A DNA stretch of 64,000 nt, taken from an uncultured Candidatus Saccharibacteria bacterium. Lineage in GTDB: Bacteria > Patescibacteriota > Minisyncoccia > Phycocordibacterales > CSBR16-119. A program made the position numbers and the translations under genes. The DNA lies in assembly GCA_964531475.1 (NCBI GenBank), contig CAZHCS010000001.1, positions 14,712 through 78,711 on the forward strand. Reading direction: 5' to 3'. This document shows positions 33,799-42,783 of the stretch, one piece after another; position 1 is the stretch's first letter, and every line of letters begins with the position of its first letter. Below the pieces are notes generated by a model, which ran no database searches, was not told the origin of the DNA, and saw only the letters and a program-made list of their open reading frames with translations.

Positions 33799-34788
33799 AT
33801 GTACGACTTTATTTCGCCCGAACCTATCGATCGTCCGCGTTCTCGTTGGAAACGCGTGCTTGCCATAGGATTGATCATAATCGGAGGCATTGCTCTTGGA
33901 CAAGCATTTACACCACCTTCGGCCTTTCCGGCTGACACGGTTATTACAATCGAACAAGGTCAGAGTCTCGGCTCGATCGCGCGCAACTTTGAAGACAAGG
34001 GGCTAGTCCGTTCGGCCGGTATTTTTGAAACACTTGTTGTTTTGGTCGAAGGAGACAGGGGTATTGCGGCCGGTGATTATGTTTTTGAAGTTCCGGTCAA
34101 TGCTCTTGAACTTGCGCGGCGCGTCACTGGTTCGGACTTTGGTATAGGCAAGATTTCGGTGACCCTGCCGGAAGGTTTGACTATTGCCGAGATGGCTAGC
34201 GTGCTCGACGCCAAGCTCTCTAATTTTGATGCGGCAGCATTTGTGTCCGCAGCAAAACCTTCAGAAGGGTATCTTTTTCCTGACACGTATTATTTTTTTG
34301 CCACAACCGATGCGCCCAAGGCGATCGAAATGCTCAAGAAAACTTTTGATAAAAAGGTGACGCGCGGACTTGCGGCGGATTTCGCCGTAAGTCCGCGCGC
34401 TATGACGGACATAATTATTATGTCTTCTATTGTCGAGGCCGAAGCGCATGGTTCCTACGAAGAGAAGCGCATGATTGCTGGCATTTTGTGGAAACGCCTA
34501 GATGAGAAAATGCGCCTACAGGTAGACGCCACGCTTGCATACGTGACAGGGCGCGGCTCTGCCGAGCTTACTATTGCCGATCTTGAAGATGATCATCCTT
34601 ACAACACTTACACACGTTTTGGGCTCCCGCCGACGCCTATCGGCAATCCCGGACTCGACTCTATTCGTGCTGCGCTTGATCCCAAGCCTTCAGAATACTA
34701 CTTTTATCTCCATGACAAAGATGGTACGATACGATACGCGAAAAATTTTGAAGAGCACAAGAAAAACATCGCAACATATTTGAAATAA
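33799..34788 (+). CDS. mltG: endolytic murein transglycosylase MltG (YceG-like)
   Basis: N-terminal TM, then YLFPDTYYF and GLPPTPIGNPG motifs of the YceG family. Confidence 0.85.
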   Translation: MYDFISPEPIDRPRSRWKRVLAIGLIIIGGIALGQAFTPPSAFPADTVITIEQGQSLGSIARNFEDKGLVRSAGIFETLVVLVEGDRGIAAGDYVFEVPVNALELARRVTGSDFGIGKISVTLPEGLTIAEMASVLDAKLSNFDAAAFVSAAKPSEGYLFPDTYYFFATTDAPKAIEMLKKTFDKKVTRGLAADFAVSPRAMTDIIIMSSIVEAEAHGSYEEKRMIAGILWKRLDEKMRLQVDATLAYVTGRGSAELTIADLEDDHPYNTYTRFGLPPTPIGNPGLDSIRAALDPKPSEYYFYLHDKDGTIRYAKNFEEHKKNIATYLK

Positions 34789-34792
34789 TCAC

Positions 34793-35338
34793 ATGCGCAA
34801 ACACAACCTTGCATTCGTTGATATTGAAACGACTGGATTTGATCGAGAAAAACACGAGATTATCGAGCTCGGACTTGTTTTAGTTCGCCAAAAAGGTGAT
34901 CTTGGAAAAGATTTTGAAATCATCGAAGAGGTTGAATATAAGATTAGGCCAGAACATATCGAAACCGCTGATCCGCAATCTCTAAAAGTAAACGGTTACG
35001 AGCCTGGCGCCTGGATTTTCGCGAGTTCTCTTGCCGACGTAATGAAGGCTTTTGCTGAAAAAACAAAAGATGCGATATTTGTTGCGCACAATCTTACTTT
35101 TGACTATTCGTTCATCGAGCGCGCATTTGAAAAGACTGGCGTCGAAAACAAACTCTTTTATCCCAAGCTCGACACTATTTCCATGGCCTATGCCAAACTC
35201 CACGCTAATCCGCTTGTCGACAAATTTCGTTTGCAGAAATTATGCGAATATTTTGGCGTAGAAAATGCCAAGGCTCACACCGCTCTCGCTGATGCCCGCG
35301 CCCTCTTCGAGGTTTATCAAAAACTGATGCAGTTGTAA
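34793..35338 (+). CDS. DEDDh 3'-5' exonuclease (DnaQ/epsilon-like)
   Basis: Exo I FVDIETTG, Exo II VAHNLTFDYSF, Exo III HTALADARAL. Confidence 0.75.
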   Translation: MRKHNLAFVDIETTGFDREKHEIIELGLVLVRQKGDLGKDFEIIEEVEYKIRPEHIETADPQSLKVNGYEPGAWIFASSLADVMKAFAEKTKDAIFVAHNLTFDYSFIERAFEKTGVENKLFYPKLDTISMAYAKLHANPLVDKFRLQKLCEYFGVENAKAHTALADARALFEVYQKLMQL

Positions 35339-35377
35339 GTGCTTCCAAATTATCGCTTTTTGTTCTAGAGTGTCCGC

Positions 35378-36448
35378 ATGGGTGAAGTGCGCAAGAAAAA
35401 GGTATTCGTCGGCGTTTCGGGCGGAGTGGATAGCTCTGTGTCTTTGGCGCTCCTGCGAGACCAAGGCTATGACGTTGTTGGTTGCTTCATAAAGACCTGG
35501 CAGCCGGATTTTGTCACTTGCACATGGAAAGAAGAGCGCCGAGATGCTATGCGCGTATGCGCCAAACTAGGTGTCCCGTTTGTCATGATTGATGCAGAAG
35601 CCGCTTATCGTGACCACGTCGGTAAATATTTCATCGACGAATACAAGGCTGGCCGGACACCTAATCCCGACGTAATGTGCAATCGCGAAATAAAGTTCGG
35701 TATTTTTTTGGATTACGCGCTCGCGCACGGAGCCGACTACGTAGCCACGGGTCACTATGCGCAAACGGAAGCAGTAAACAACAAGCATTACTTACTAAGG
35801 GCGGGGAAAGACGAGGCAAAGGACCAGAGTTATTTTTTGTGGACGCTCACACAAGAACAACTATCAAAAATAATATTTCCCATTGGACATCTGCAAAAAT
35901 CAGAAGTCCGTAAGATTGCTGCAAAATATGATTTATTGACGGCAACTAAAAAAGATTCACAAGGCGTTTGTTTTTTAGGACCAATCGATATGAAAGAATT
36001 TCTCGCACACTATATCGACAAAAAACGCGGAGACGTTCTCGATGTAGATGGAAATGTCATTGGTTATCATGACGGCGCGCTATTTTTCACGCTCGGTGAA
36101 CGCCACGGTTTTATTATTACAAAAAAAGGTAGCGACGATACTCGGCTATACGTCGTTGACCGCAATCTTGCTGACAATACTATTACGGTCGCTGGTCGAG
36201 GTCCGACCTCGACCAGAGGCTTGCGGACCGAGATACGGATTGAAAATTGGAATTGGATCCAAAAACCAGAAAATGGCAAGATTTATGGGGCCCGTATTCG
36301 CTACCAACAACCCCTTCAGGCGTGCCGTGTAGAGGGCGAGATGGTCATATTTGATCAACCGCAGGAAGCCGCGGCGCCTGGGCAGTCGTGTGTCGTTTAT
36401 GATGCAGGAGTTTTGATAGGGGGAGGTATTGTAGGCCGTAGCTCTTGA
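35378..36448 (+). CDS. mnmA: tRNA-specific 2-thiouridylase MnmA
   Basis: PP-loop VFVGVSGGVDSSV, catalytic-Cys region, C-terminal barrel. Contains the in-frame P3 palindrome insert (AGRGPTSTRG). Confidence 0.9.
   Translation: MGEVRKKKVFVGVSGGVDSSVSLALLRDQGYDVVGCFIKTWQPDFVTCTWKEERRDAMRVCAKLGVPFVMIDAEAAYRDHVGKYFIDEYKAGRTPNPDVMCNREIKFGIFLDYALAHGADYVATGHYAQTEAVNNKHYLLRAGKDEAKDQSYFLWTLTQEQLSKIIFPIGHLQKSEVRKIAAKYDLLTATKKDSQGVCFLGPIDMKEFLAHYIDKKRGDVLDVDGNVIGYHDGALFFTLGERHGFIITKKGSDDTRLYVVDRNLADNTITVAGRGPTSTRGLRTEIRIENWNWIQKPENGKIYGARIRYQQPLQACRVEGEMVIFDQPQEAAAPGQSCVVYDAGVLIGGGIVGRSS
36192..36216 (+). repeat. P3 palindrome CTGGTCGAGGTCCGACCTCGACCAG (25 nt, perfect), in-frame in mnmA
   Basis: Shares the core GAGGTCCGACCTC with 24763-24783. 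Confidence 0.8.
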
Positions 36449-36591
36449 CAAAATTTTCAAAAGCCGTAGGATACCTCGTAGGTGCAGTGTGCGTTGGCAT
36501 GCTGAAGGTGCGGGCGGGCGTGTTTTTGCCGAATGTGAAGTTGAAAATAGTGAAGTTGTCGGATTTTTACGCTGACAGACCCAAACCTTAC

Positions 36592-36623
36592 AACCCTCGC
36601 CCATCAGCGGGGGTTGTTTCTTT
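36592..36623 (+). terminator. intrinsic terminator (mnmA) overlapping the alaS -35
   Basis: AACCCTCGC-ccatca-GCGGGGGTT followed by GTTTCTTT. Confidence 0.55.
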
Positions 36624-36641
36624 GGGGCTATGCCGTATACT
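36614..36641 (+). promoter_or_regulatory. promoter-like TTGTTT-16-TATACT, 7 nt before the alaS ATG (leaderless)
   Basis: -10 at 36636-36641; ATG at 36649. Confidence 0.45.
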
Positions 36642-36648
36642 AAATGCC

Positions 36649-38328
36649 ATGGAAAGCGCAGTTATCCGCAAGAAATTCTTGCAATTTTTTGAATCAAAAG
36701 GGCATACAACTATCCCCTCGGCCTCGCTAGTACCAGTCGGGGACTCGTCGGTACTCTTTACGACTGCTGGTATGCAGCCACTAGTACCGTATCTTTTAGG
36801 TGCGTCGCATCCTGCTGGTACGCGCCTAACTAGCGCGCAAAAGTGCGTCCGCACGGGCGATATCGACGACATCGGCGATAATCGTCACCTTACTTTTTTT
36901 GAAATGCTTGGTAACTGGTCGCTCGGCGATTATTTCAAAGACGAATCGATTGCTTGGAGCTACCAATTTTTGACTAACAAAGACGTCGGGCTCGGTCTTG
37001 ATCCGTCGCGGCTCTACGTCACTTGTTTCGAGGGCGACGAGAGTGCGCCGCGTGACGAGGAATCTAAATCTATCTGGATGAAGGCCGGCATTCCCGAGTC
37101 GCGGATCTATTTCTTGGGCAAAGACGATAACTGGTGGGGACCAGGCGACAATGGTCCGTGCGGACCAGATACAGAAATCTTTTATGATGTTACTGGCAAG
37201 CTTGGCGAGCTTTCGCATGAACAGTTTCTCTTGGCACAAAAGAGCGAACAAGTTATCGAGATCTGGAATAACGTTTTCATGGAGTATGAATCGCGCGACG
37301 GCAAAGTTGTTGGTAAACTCGCGCAGAAAAATGTCGATACGGGCATGGGTCTTGAGCGCATTACCGCTGTTGTCAACGGCAAGACGAGCGTCTACGATAC
37401 CGACCTCTTTAGTAGTGAATCAACAAAAGAAGATAGAGTCGTAGCTGACCATGTAAAAGCCGCCCTCTTTCTAATATCTGATGGTGTTTTACCAGGAAAT
37501 ACTGGTCAAGGATATATTGTTCGTCGCTTGATTCGTCGTGCGGTTAGGTTTTCCAAAGAACCGCTTGTAGACAAGATTAATGCAGTCAAGAAATTGTATG
37601 CGGGAATTTATGAACTCGACGATCATGGAGAGATAGAAAAAGAAGAGGCAAAGTTTCGCACGACGCTCGAGAAGGGTATGAAAGAGTTTGAAAAAGGCGA
37701 GCGCGATGCATTTGTATTGTTCACGTCTTACGGTTTTCCATTCGAGATGACCGAAGAACTTGCTCGTGAGCGCGGAGAAACTCTATCGAAATCCGATTTC
37801 GATATGAAAATGGCCGAGCATCAAAAGCTCTCACAGTCTGCTTCCGCCGGCATGTTCAAGGGCGGACTTGCGAATCATAATGAAGCGACGATCAAGCTCC
37901 ATACAGCGCATCACTTACTTCTCGCCGCACTTCAGCAAGTGCTCGGTCCCGAGGTAAAACAGCGGGGAAGCAATATTACCGAAGAGCGCCTGCGCATCGA
38001 TTTCTCATTCGACCGCAAGATGACCGACGAAGAGAAGAAGCGTGTCGAAGATATCGTGAACGACGCCATTTCGCGTGACTTGAAAGTTATTCGCCGAGAA
38101 ATGACGCGTGATGAAGCCGAAAAGATCGGCGCGCAGATGGAGTTTGGTGCAAAATACGGTGATACGGTTTCGGTTTACTTTATCGAAAACGAAAACGGGG
38201 AAGCTTTTAGCAAGGAGTTCTGTGGTGGGCCTCATGTCGAACATACTGGCAAACTCGGTCATTTCAAGATTCAAAAAGAAGAAGCCTCGAGCCAGGGCGT
38301 CCGACGAATCAAAGCAGTTTTGGGATAA
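36649..38328 (+). CDS. alaS: alanine--tRNA ligase (short form: catalytic plus editing domain, no C-terminal oligomerisation domain)
   Basis: KKFLQFFESKGHTTIPSASLVP, FTTAGMQPL, and the editing motif HTAHHLLLAAL. 559 aa from MESAV; the ORF-track start at 36445 is an upstream extension. Confidence 0.85.
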   Translation: MESAVIRKKFLQFFESKGHTTIPSASLVPVGDSSVLFTTAGMQPLVPYLLGASHPAGTRLTSAQKCVRTGDIDDIGDNRHLTFFEMLGNWSLGDYFKDESIAWSYQFLTNKDVGLGLDPSRLYVTCFEGDESAPRDEESKSIWMKAGIPESRIYFLGKDDNWWGPGDNGPCGPDTEIFYDVTGKLGELSHEQFLLAQKSEQVIEIWNNVFMEYESRDGKVVGKLAQKNVDTGMGLERITAVVNGKTSVYDTDLFSSESTKEDRVVADHVKAALFLISDGVLPGNTGQGYIVRRLIRRAVRFSKEPLVDKINAVKKLYAGIYELDDHGEIEKEEAKFRTTLEKGMKEFEKGERDAFVLFTSYGFPFEMTEELARERGETLSKSDFDMKMAEHQKLSQSASAGMFKGGLANHNEATIKLHTAHHLLLAALQQVLGPEVKQRGSNITEERLRIDFSFDRKMTDEEKKRVEDIVNDAISRDLKVIRREMTRDEAEKIGAQMEFGAKYGDTVSVYFIENENGEAFSKEFCGGPHVEHTGKLGHFKIQKEEASSQGVRRIKAVLG

Positions 38329-38373
38329 TGTTTTCAACTTCTTTGTCGCGCAGGTTTGGCGTATACTGGACGC

Positions 38374-39507
38374 ATGTTGTTTTCTTCTCGTAAAGAAGAG
38401 TTTGTGCTCGTGCTTGATATTTCGTCGGGAAGCGTCGGCGGCGCGTTCTTTTTAAAACGTCCGTACGCGCCGCCGTTTGTGGTCGAGTCTGTCCGTACAG
38501 TTTTGCCGCTTCGCGAAGAACTCGATACCGCGCGTCGCACGGCCGACATGCTTCGTGCCGTCGACGAAACTTGTCGTCAGTTACAGCGTTCTATAGCTCG
38601 CCGTCCGGATAAAATAGTTTGTTTGCTTGCGACACCTTGGGCTTATGGTCATGTGCGTTCAATAGCTTACCAGGCCGAAGAATTTTCCGTCACTGAAAAA
38701 CGCATCCGCACTCTTGTTGATGCCGAAATGGATAGATTTCGTTCCGAGTGGCAAAATCTTTCCGAAATCATAGACAAGCGTGTAATCAAAGTCTCGCTGA
38801 ACGGTTACACTATCGAGCGACCGCATGGCAAGCGTGCACGTACTCTTGATATCGATATTTTTGCGAGCTTAAGTGATGGCCGGCTTATTGCTAGGCTCGA
38901 AGAAACTATTCACAAGACATTCAAGGCCAAAATCGCTCTCATGTCCCGCACCGCGGCAGATTTTATCGCTGTGCGAGACATGTTCGAACTCCAAAACGAC
39001 TTCATAATACTAAGAGTTGGAGAAGATACCTCAGAGGTTTCGGTTATGAGAGACGACTGTTTGGTCGGCACGGCATTTTTCCCATTTGGGACCCAAGGCG
39101 TCGCGCGATCGGTCGCCGCCGCGCTTGGTATTTCGACGACACGCGCCGCTTCGCTTCTTGCTACTTATCGCCTTGGACTTTTAGATGAGGATCACGCAAC
39201 ACGATTTATAGACTCACTAGAACATATTGGAATAGATTGGTTGCGAGAGCTCGCTGGTATCTTGGTACGGCTAGTACCTGATCGCCATATACCGCATGCG
39301 GTTTTCGTAGTTGCAAGTGACGAAATGGATACATGGTTCCGATCTTTGGTTTCTATTTCACGTATCCCGGAATTCACACTAAGCTTTGATGATTTCCATG
39401 CTATACTTGCTGACAAGAAGACGCTGGCGCAGTTTGCCGAATTCCGTTCCGGCGTCGAGAAAGATCCGTCGCTTATTATGGCGGCGGCAGTCATAAATCG
39501 TCTATGA
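38374..39507 (+). CDS. actin-like ATPase family protein (PilM/FtsA-like), tentative
   Basis: N-terminal phosphate-1-like LVLDISSGSVGGAFF. Otherwise divergent. Confidence 0.3.
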   Translation: MLFSSRKEEFVLVLDISSGSVGGAFFLKRPYAPPFVVESVRTVLPLREELDTARRTADMLRAVDETCRQLQRSIARRPDKIVCLLATPWAYGHVRSIAYQAEEFSVTEKRIRTLVDAEMDRFRSEWQNLSEIIDKRVIKVSLNGYTIERPHGKRARTLDIDIFASLSDGRLIARLEETIHKTFKAKIALMSRTAADFIAVRDMFELQNDFIILRVGEDTSEVSVMRDDCLVGTAFFPFGTQGVARSVAAALGISTTRAASLLATYRLGLLDEDHATRFIDSLEHIGIDWLRELAGILVRLVPDRHIPHAVFVVASDEMDTWFRSLVSISRIPEFTLSFDDFHAILADKKTLAQFAEFRSGVEKDPSLIMAAAVINRL

Positions 39508-40799
39508 CACCTATGCAAAAAAATTACATACACGACATCAAGCCATCAGGCCGCACTCAAAAGCGCCGAGAGGCATTTCATCGTGCTCACGAAAGGCGCA
39601 TGCACGAAGTAGAAGAAACTTACGACGATCGTCGTTATGAATCTGGCGGAGGAAGTTCTCGCGGAATGTGGTACATCGCAGCGTTTGCGTTGGCAGCGCT
39701 TGTCTTTGCTCTTACGTATGTCTTTGCTGGCGCAACAATAACAGTCACGCCGCGTACCGGTTCTGTAGAGCTATCCGGCCCGATTCTCGCAGAAAAGGAA
39801 TCTCGCAATGGTCTTTCTTTCGAGATGCTAGTTTTAGACGCAGAAGAAAGTTCAAGTGTAGCCGCAGGTGAAAAGCGCTATGTCGAGCGCAAGGCAACCG
39901 GACGAGTTCGACTTTTCAATGATCATTCTTCCTCTCCACAAAAACTTCTAATAGATACTCGTCTTGAAAGTCCCGAAGGACGTATTTACAAAACCAAGAC
40001 CCCAGTGACGATACCTGGACAGACTATTGCAGGAGGTAAAAAGACTCCGGGTTCTGTCGAGGTAGATATATACGCCGATGAGGCTGGCGAAGCTTACAAC
40101 ACTACAGAATCTGATTTCAAAATAGTCGGCTTTAGAGGTTCTCCAAAGTATGAACATTTTTATGCTCGCTCCATTACTCCGATAAGCGGTGGTTTTCGCG
40201 GAGACACTTATGATATTGGCGATGATGTTTTGGCTAGCGAGACAGAAAGGCTTCGTGCTGAGCTTCGTGAAAAACTCGTAGAGCAGGCCGGAGCGGAGTT
40301 ACCGACTGACTTTGTAATGTACGAAGACGTCGCCACATTCTTGTTTGACGAACCAGTAGTCGAAGAGGGATCCGATGGCTCTGTTGTGGTTCGCCAGGGC
40401 GGTGTCATGAACGCAGTAATATTCAAAGAGTCCGATCTTACAGACGCTATCGTCGATCGTGTTATTGCCGACAAAGAAGACAATCAAGTACGCATTCCTA
40501 ATATAAGAGAGTTAACCATAATGCTTGATCCTAAGAGTGTAATAACCGATCCAGAATCCATGACAGACATAAAACTTTTGATAGATAGTCGTGTCGAGGT
40601 GGTTTGGGAAGTAGAAGAAGCCGCCATAAAAGAGGCTTTGGCTGGGTCAAAGAAGCGGACATTTGATAGCACGATGCTTTCCTTCAAGAACATAGACAAA
40701 GCGGAACTCAAATTAAAACCATTCTGGAGATCGTCGTTACCCGAAAAGGTGGGATCAATAAAGATTATAAATACGCTGGAAAACGGTGATCAAATTTGA
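39504..40799 (+). CDS. hypothetical single-pass membrane protein
   Basis: 431 aa. Basic cytoplasmic N-terminus, TM (WYIAAFALAALVFALTYVFAG), large extracytoplasmic domain. Start overlaps the upstream gene's stop. Confidence 0.4.
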   Translation: MTPMQKNYIHDIKPSGRTQKRREAFHRAHERRMHEVEETYDDRRYESGGGSSRGMWYIAAFALAALVFALTYVFAGATITVTPRTGSVELSGPILAEKESRNGLSFEMLVLDAEESSSVAAGEKRYVERKATGRVRLFNDHSSSPQKLLIDTRLESPEGRIYKTKTPVTIPGQTIAGGKKTPGSVEVDIYADEAGEAYNTTESDFKIVGFRGSPKYEHFYARSITPISGGFRGDTYDIGDDVLASETERLRAELREKLVEQAGAELPTDFVMYEDVATFLFDEPVVEEGSDGSVVVRQGGVMNAVIFKESDLTDAIVDRVIADKEDNQVRIPNIRELTIMLDPKSVITDPESMTDIKLLIDSRVEVVWEVEEAAIKEALAGSKKRTFDSTMLSFKNIDKAELKLKPFWRSSLPEKVGSIKIINTLENGDQI

Positions 40800-40836
40800 C
40801 CACCATCGTTATTCCTGATACCATCTTAGCGACCTG

Positions 40837-41055
40837 ATGAAAGACGACCCAAATACAATAGTCGTAGTAGGCAGTGTGACAGAGTCCTTGCCTAACGCGA
40901 CATTTCGCATAGAGCTCGATGATGACCATAAGATAATGTTGGCTTATTTGTCTGGCAAGATGCGCAAATTCCGCATCAAGATAGTTATCGGCGATCGGGT
41001 TGAAGTGGTTACCGACGTTTCAAGGGAAAAGGGGAGGATTACAAGGAGGCTGTAG
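40837..41055 (+). CDS. infA: translation initiation factor IF-1
   Basis: S1 fold; VTESLPNATFRIELDDDHKIMLAYLSGKMRKFRIKIVIGDRVEV. Confidence 0.9.
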   Translation: MKDDPNTIVVVGSVTESLPNATFRIELDDDHKIMLAYLSGKMRKFRIKIVIGDRVEVVTDVSREKGRITRRL

Positions 41056-41180
41056 GCGAGATTTACCACCCTTTATACTTTTCCAGGAAAATATGGGGTA
41101 AGGACTTGCATTATTTTCTCTTTCGGGTTACTATAGGGACTCCTTAAATTTATTAGGACTTTTATCACGTTTTAGCATCC

Positions 41181-41303
41181 ATGAAGATCAAGGCTTCGAT
41201 CAAAAGAAAGAATCTCGCCCAGGGCGATCAGCTCGTCCGACGCCGTGGCAAGATCTTCCGGATCAACAAGAAAAATCCTCGTCGTAAAGCACGACAGGGC
41301 TAG
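41181..41303 (+). CDS. rpmJ: 50S ribosomal protein L36, cysteine-free variant
   Basis: MKIKASIKRKNLAQGDQLVRRRGKIFRINKKNPRRKARQG (40 aa). Sits in the conserved infA-rpmJ-rpsM position. Not in the ORF track because it is under 60 aa. Confidence 0.7.
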   Translation: MKIKASIKRKNLAQGDQLVRRRGKIFRINKKNPRRKARQG

Positions 41304-41316
41304 TATTATTTTCGAT

Positions 41317-41697
41317 ATGCGTATTGCAGGTATCACCATAAAGGATGAGCAGCGTGTAGAGATAGGCCTAACAGGCCTTTTTGGTGTCGGACGTTCACGC
41401 GCCCACGCCATATTGGATGAAGCGGGCGTCGATTACGGAAAAAAGTCTAAAGACTTGACTACCGACGAAGAGAACGCCATCCGTAAAGCTGTTGAGAAAT
41501 ACAATATCGAAGGTAATTTGAAGCGTGAAGTCTCGGCAAATATCAAGCGCTTGAAGGACATCGGCTCTTATCGAGGGTCTCGTCATGCCAAGCACTTGCC
41601 GTCTCGTGGTCAACGCACCAAGACCAACTCACGCACGATCCGAGGCAACGTCCGAAAGACCATGGGCAGCGGACGCGTAACAGCAACTAAGACATAG
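41317..41697 (+). CDS. rpsM: 30S ribosomal protein S13
   Basis: MRIAGITIKDEQRVEIGLTGLFGVGRSRA. Confidence 0.9.
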   Translation: MRIAGITIKDEQRVEIGLTGLFGVGRSRAHAILDEAGVDYGKKSKDLTTDEENAIRKAVEKYNIEGNLKREVSANIKRLKDIGSYRGSRHAKHLPSRGQRTKTNSRTIRGNVRKTMGSGRVTATKT

Positions 41698-41701
41698 TCC
41701 T

Positions 41702-42127
41702 ATGGGCAAGAAACGAATTGTAAAATCCGGCGCATCGTCGGAATCAAAAGCAAAAGCTGCATCAAAGGTCTCCAAGAAAAAAGTTTCCGAGGGCATTCTT
41801 TATGTGGAAGCAACTTTTAACAACACCAAAGTCTCTTTGACAGACAGGAAGGGCAACGTTCTTTTCTGGTCTTCATCCGGAAGCCTCGGTTTTAAAGGGG
41901 CCAAAAAGGGCACGCCTTTCGCCGCTGCAAAAGTAGGTGAAGTCTTGGCAGAAAAGGCTGAGATGGTCGGCATGAAAGAGGCTGACGTGGTCGTCAAAGG
42001 TGTTGGTACGGGCCGCGAATCTGCTATCAGATCTTTTATGTCTCGAGGTGTAGAGATAACCTCCATTAAAGACAGAACCCCGGTCCCACACAATGGACCA
42101 AAGGCGCCTAAGCCGCGCCGAGTGTAA
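41702..42127 (+). CDS. rpsK: 30S ribosomal protein S11
   Basis: GILYVEATFNNTKVSLTD...KGAKKGTPFAAA. Confidence 0.9.
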   Translation: MGKKRIVKSGASSESKAKAASKVSKKKVSEGILYVEATFNNTKVSLTDRKGNVLFWSSSGSLGFKGAKKGTPFAAAKVGEVLAEKAEMVGMKEADVVVKGVGTGRESAIRSFMSRGVEITSIKDRTPVPHNGPKAPKPRRV

Positions 42128-42161
42128 GCTAAGCATTATTGTTTAAGTATCCGATTGAGTT

Positions 42162-42764
42162 ATGAAACTAGGGCCAAAATATAAAATCGCACGACGTCTC
42201 GGCGCTGCTGTCTTTGATAAGACGCAGGGTCAGAAATTCGCGCTCGCTGAAGCCAAAAATACAAAAAAAGGCGGCAAGCGCAAGCAGTTGTCCGAATACG
42301 CCCAGCAGCTTTTGGAGAAGCAGCGCATTCGATATACCTACAATATCACCGAAAAACAGTTTGAAAATTACGTAAAAGAAGCTCTCGCTACTCGAGAGGG
42401 TTCTTCGGCTGATGTTTTGCGCGAGCTTCTCGAGGTGCGCTTGGACAACGTTGCATACCGCATCGGCCTTGCTCCGACGCGTCAGGCGAGTCGCCAGCTA
42501 GTTTCGCACGGCCATCTTGCGGTCAATGGACGCAAGACCACTGTTCCGTCATACCGACTAAAGATCGGCGACGTTGTTTCGGTGCGCGAAGGTTCGAAGA
42601 AGAGTGTTATGTTCGCCGATATCGCAAAGAAGATAGAAAAGGCAGTCGTGCCCGTCTGGCTATCTTTCGATGCTGGCGCGATGACCGGAGGAATTAAACA
42701 GAAGCCGACCAAAGAAGGCGCGATCCTAGACTTTGCCCGCGTCCTTGAATTCTATAGCCGCTAA
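42162..42764 (+). CDS. rpsD: 30S ribosomal protein S4
   Basis: MKLGPKYKIARRLG... with an S4 domain (RLDNVAYRIGLAPTRQASRQLVSHGHLAVNG). Confidence 0.9.
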   Translation: MKLGPKYKIARRLGAAVFDKTQGQKFALAEAKNTKKGGKRKQLSEYAQQLLEKQRIRYTYNITEKQFENYVKEALATREGSSADVLRELLEVRLDNVAYRIGLAPTRQASRQLVSHGHLAVNGRKTTVPSYRLKIGDVVSVREGSKKSVMFADIAKKIEKAVVPVWLSFDAGAMTGGIKQKPTKEGAILDFARVLEFYSR

Positions 42765-42783
42765 ACATTATTCATAATCATAA

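Noticed and set aside
36449-36648. T-box riboswitch leader upstream of alaS
   Set aside because: No T-box consensus (AATTAGGGTGGNACCGCG), specifier loop or antiterminator. The hairpin plus promoter reading is sufficient.
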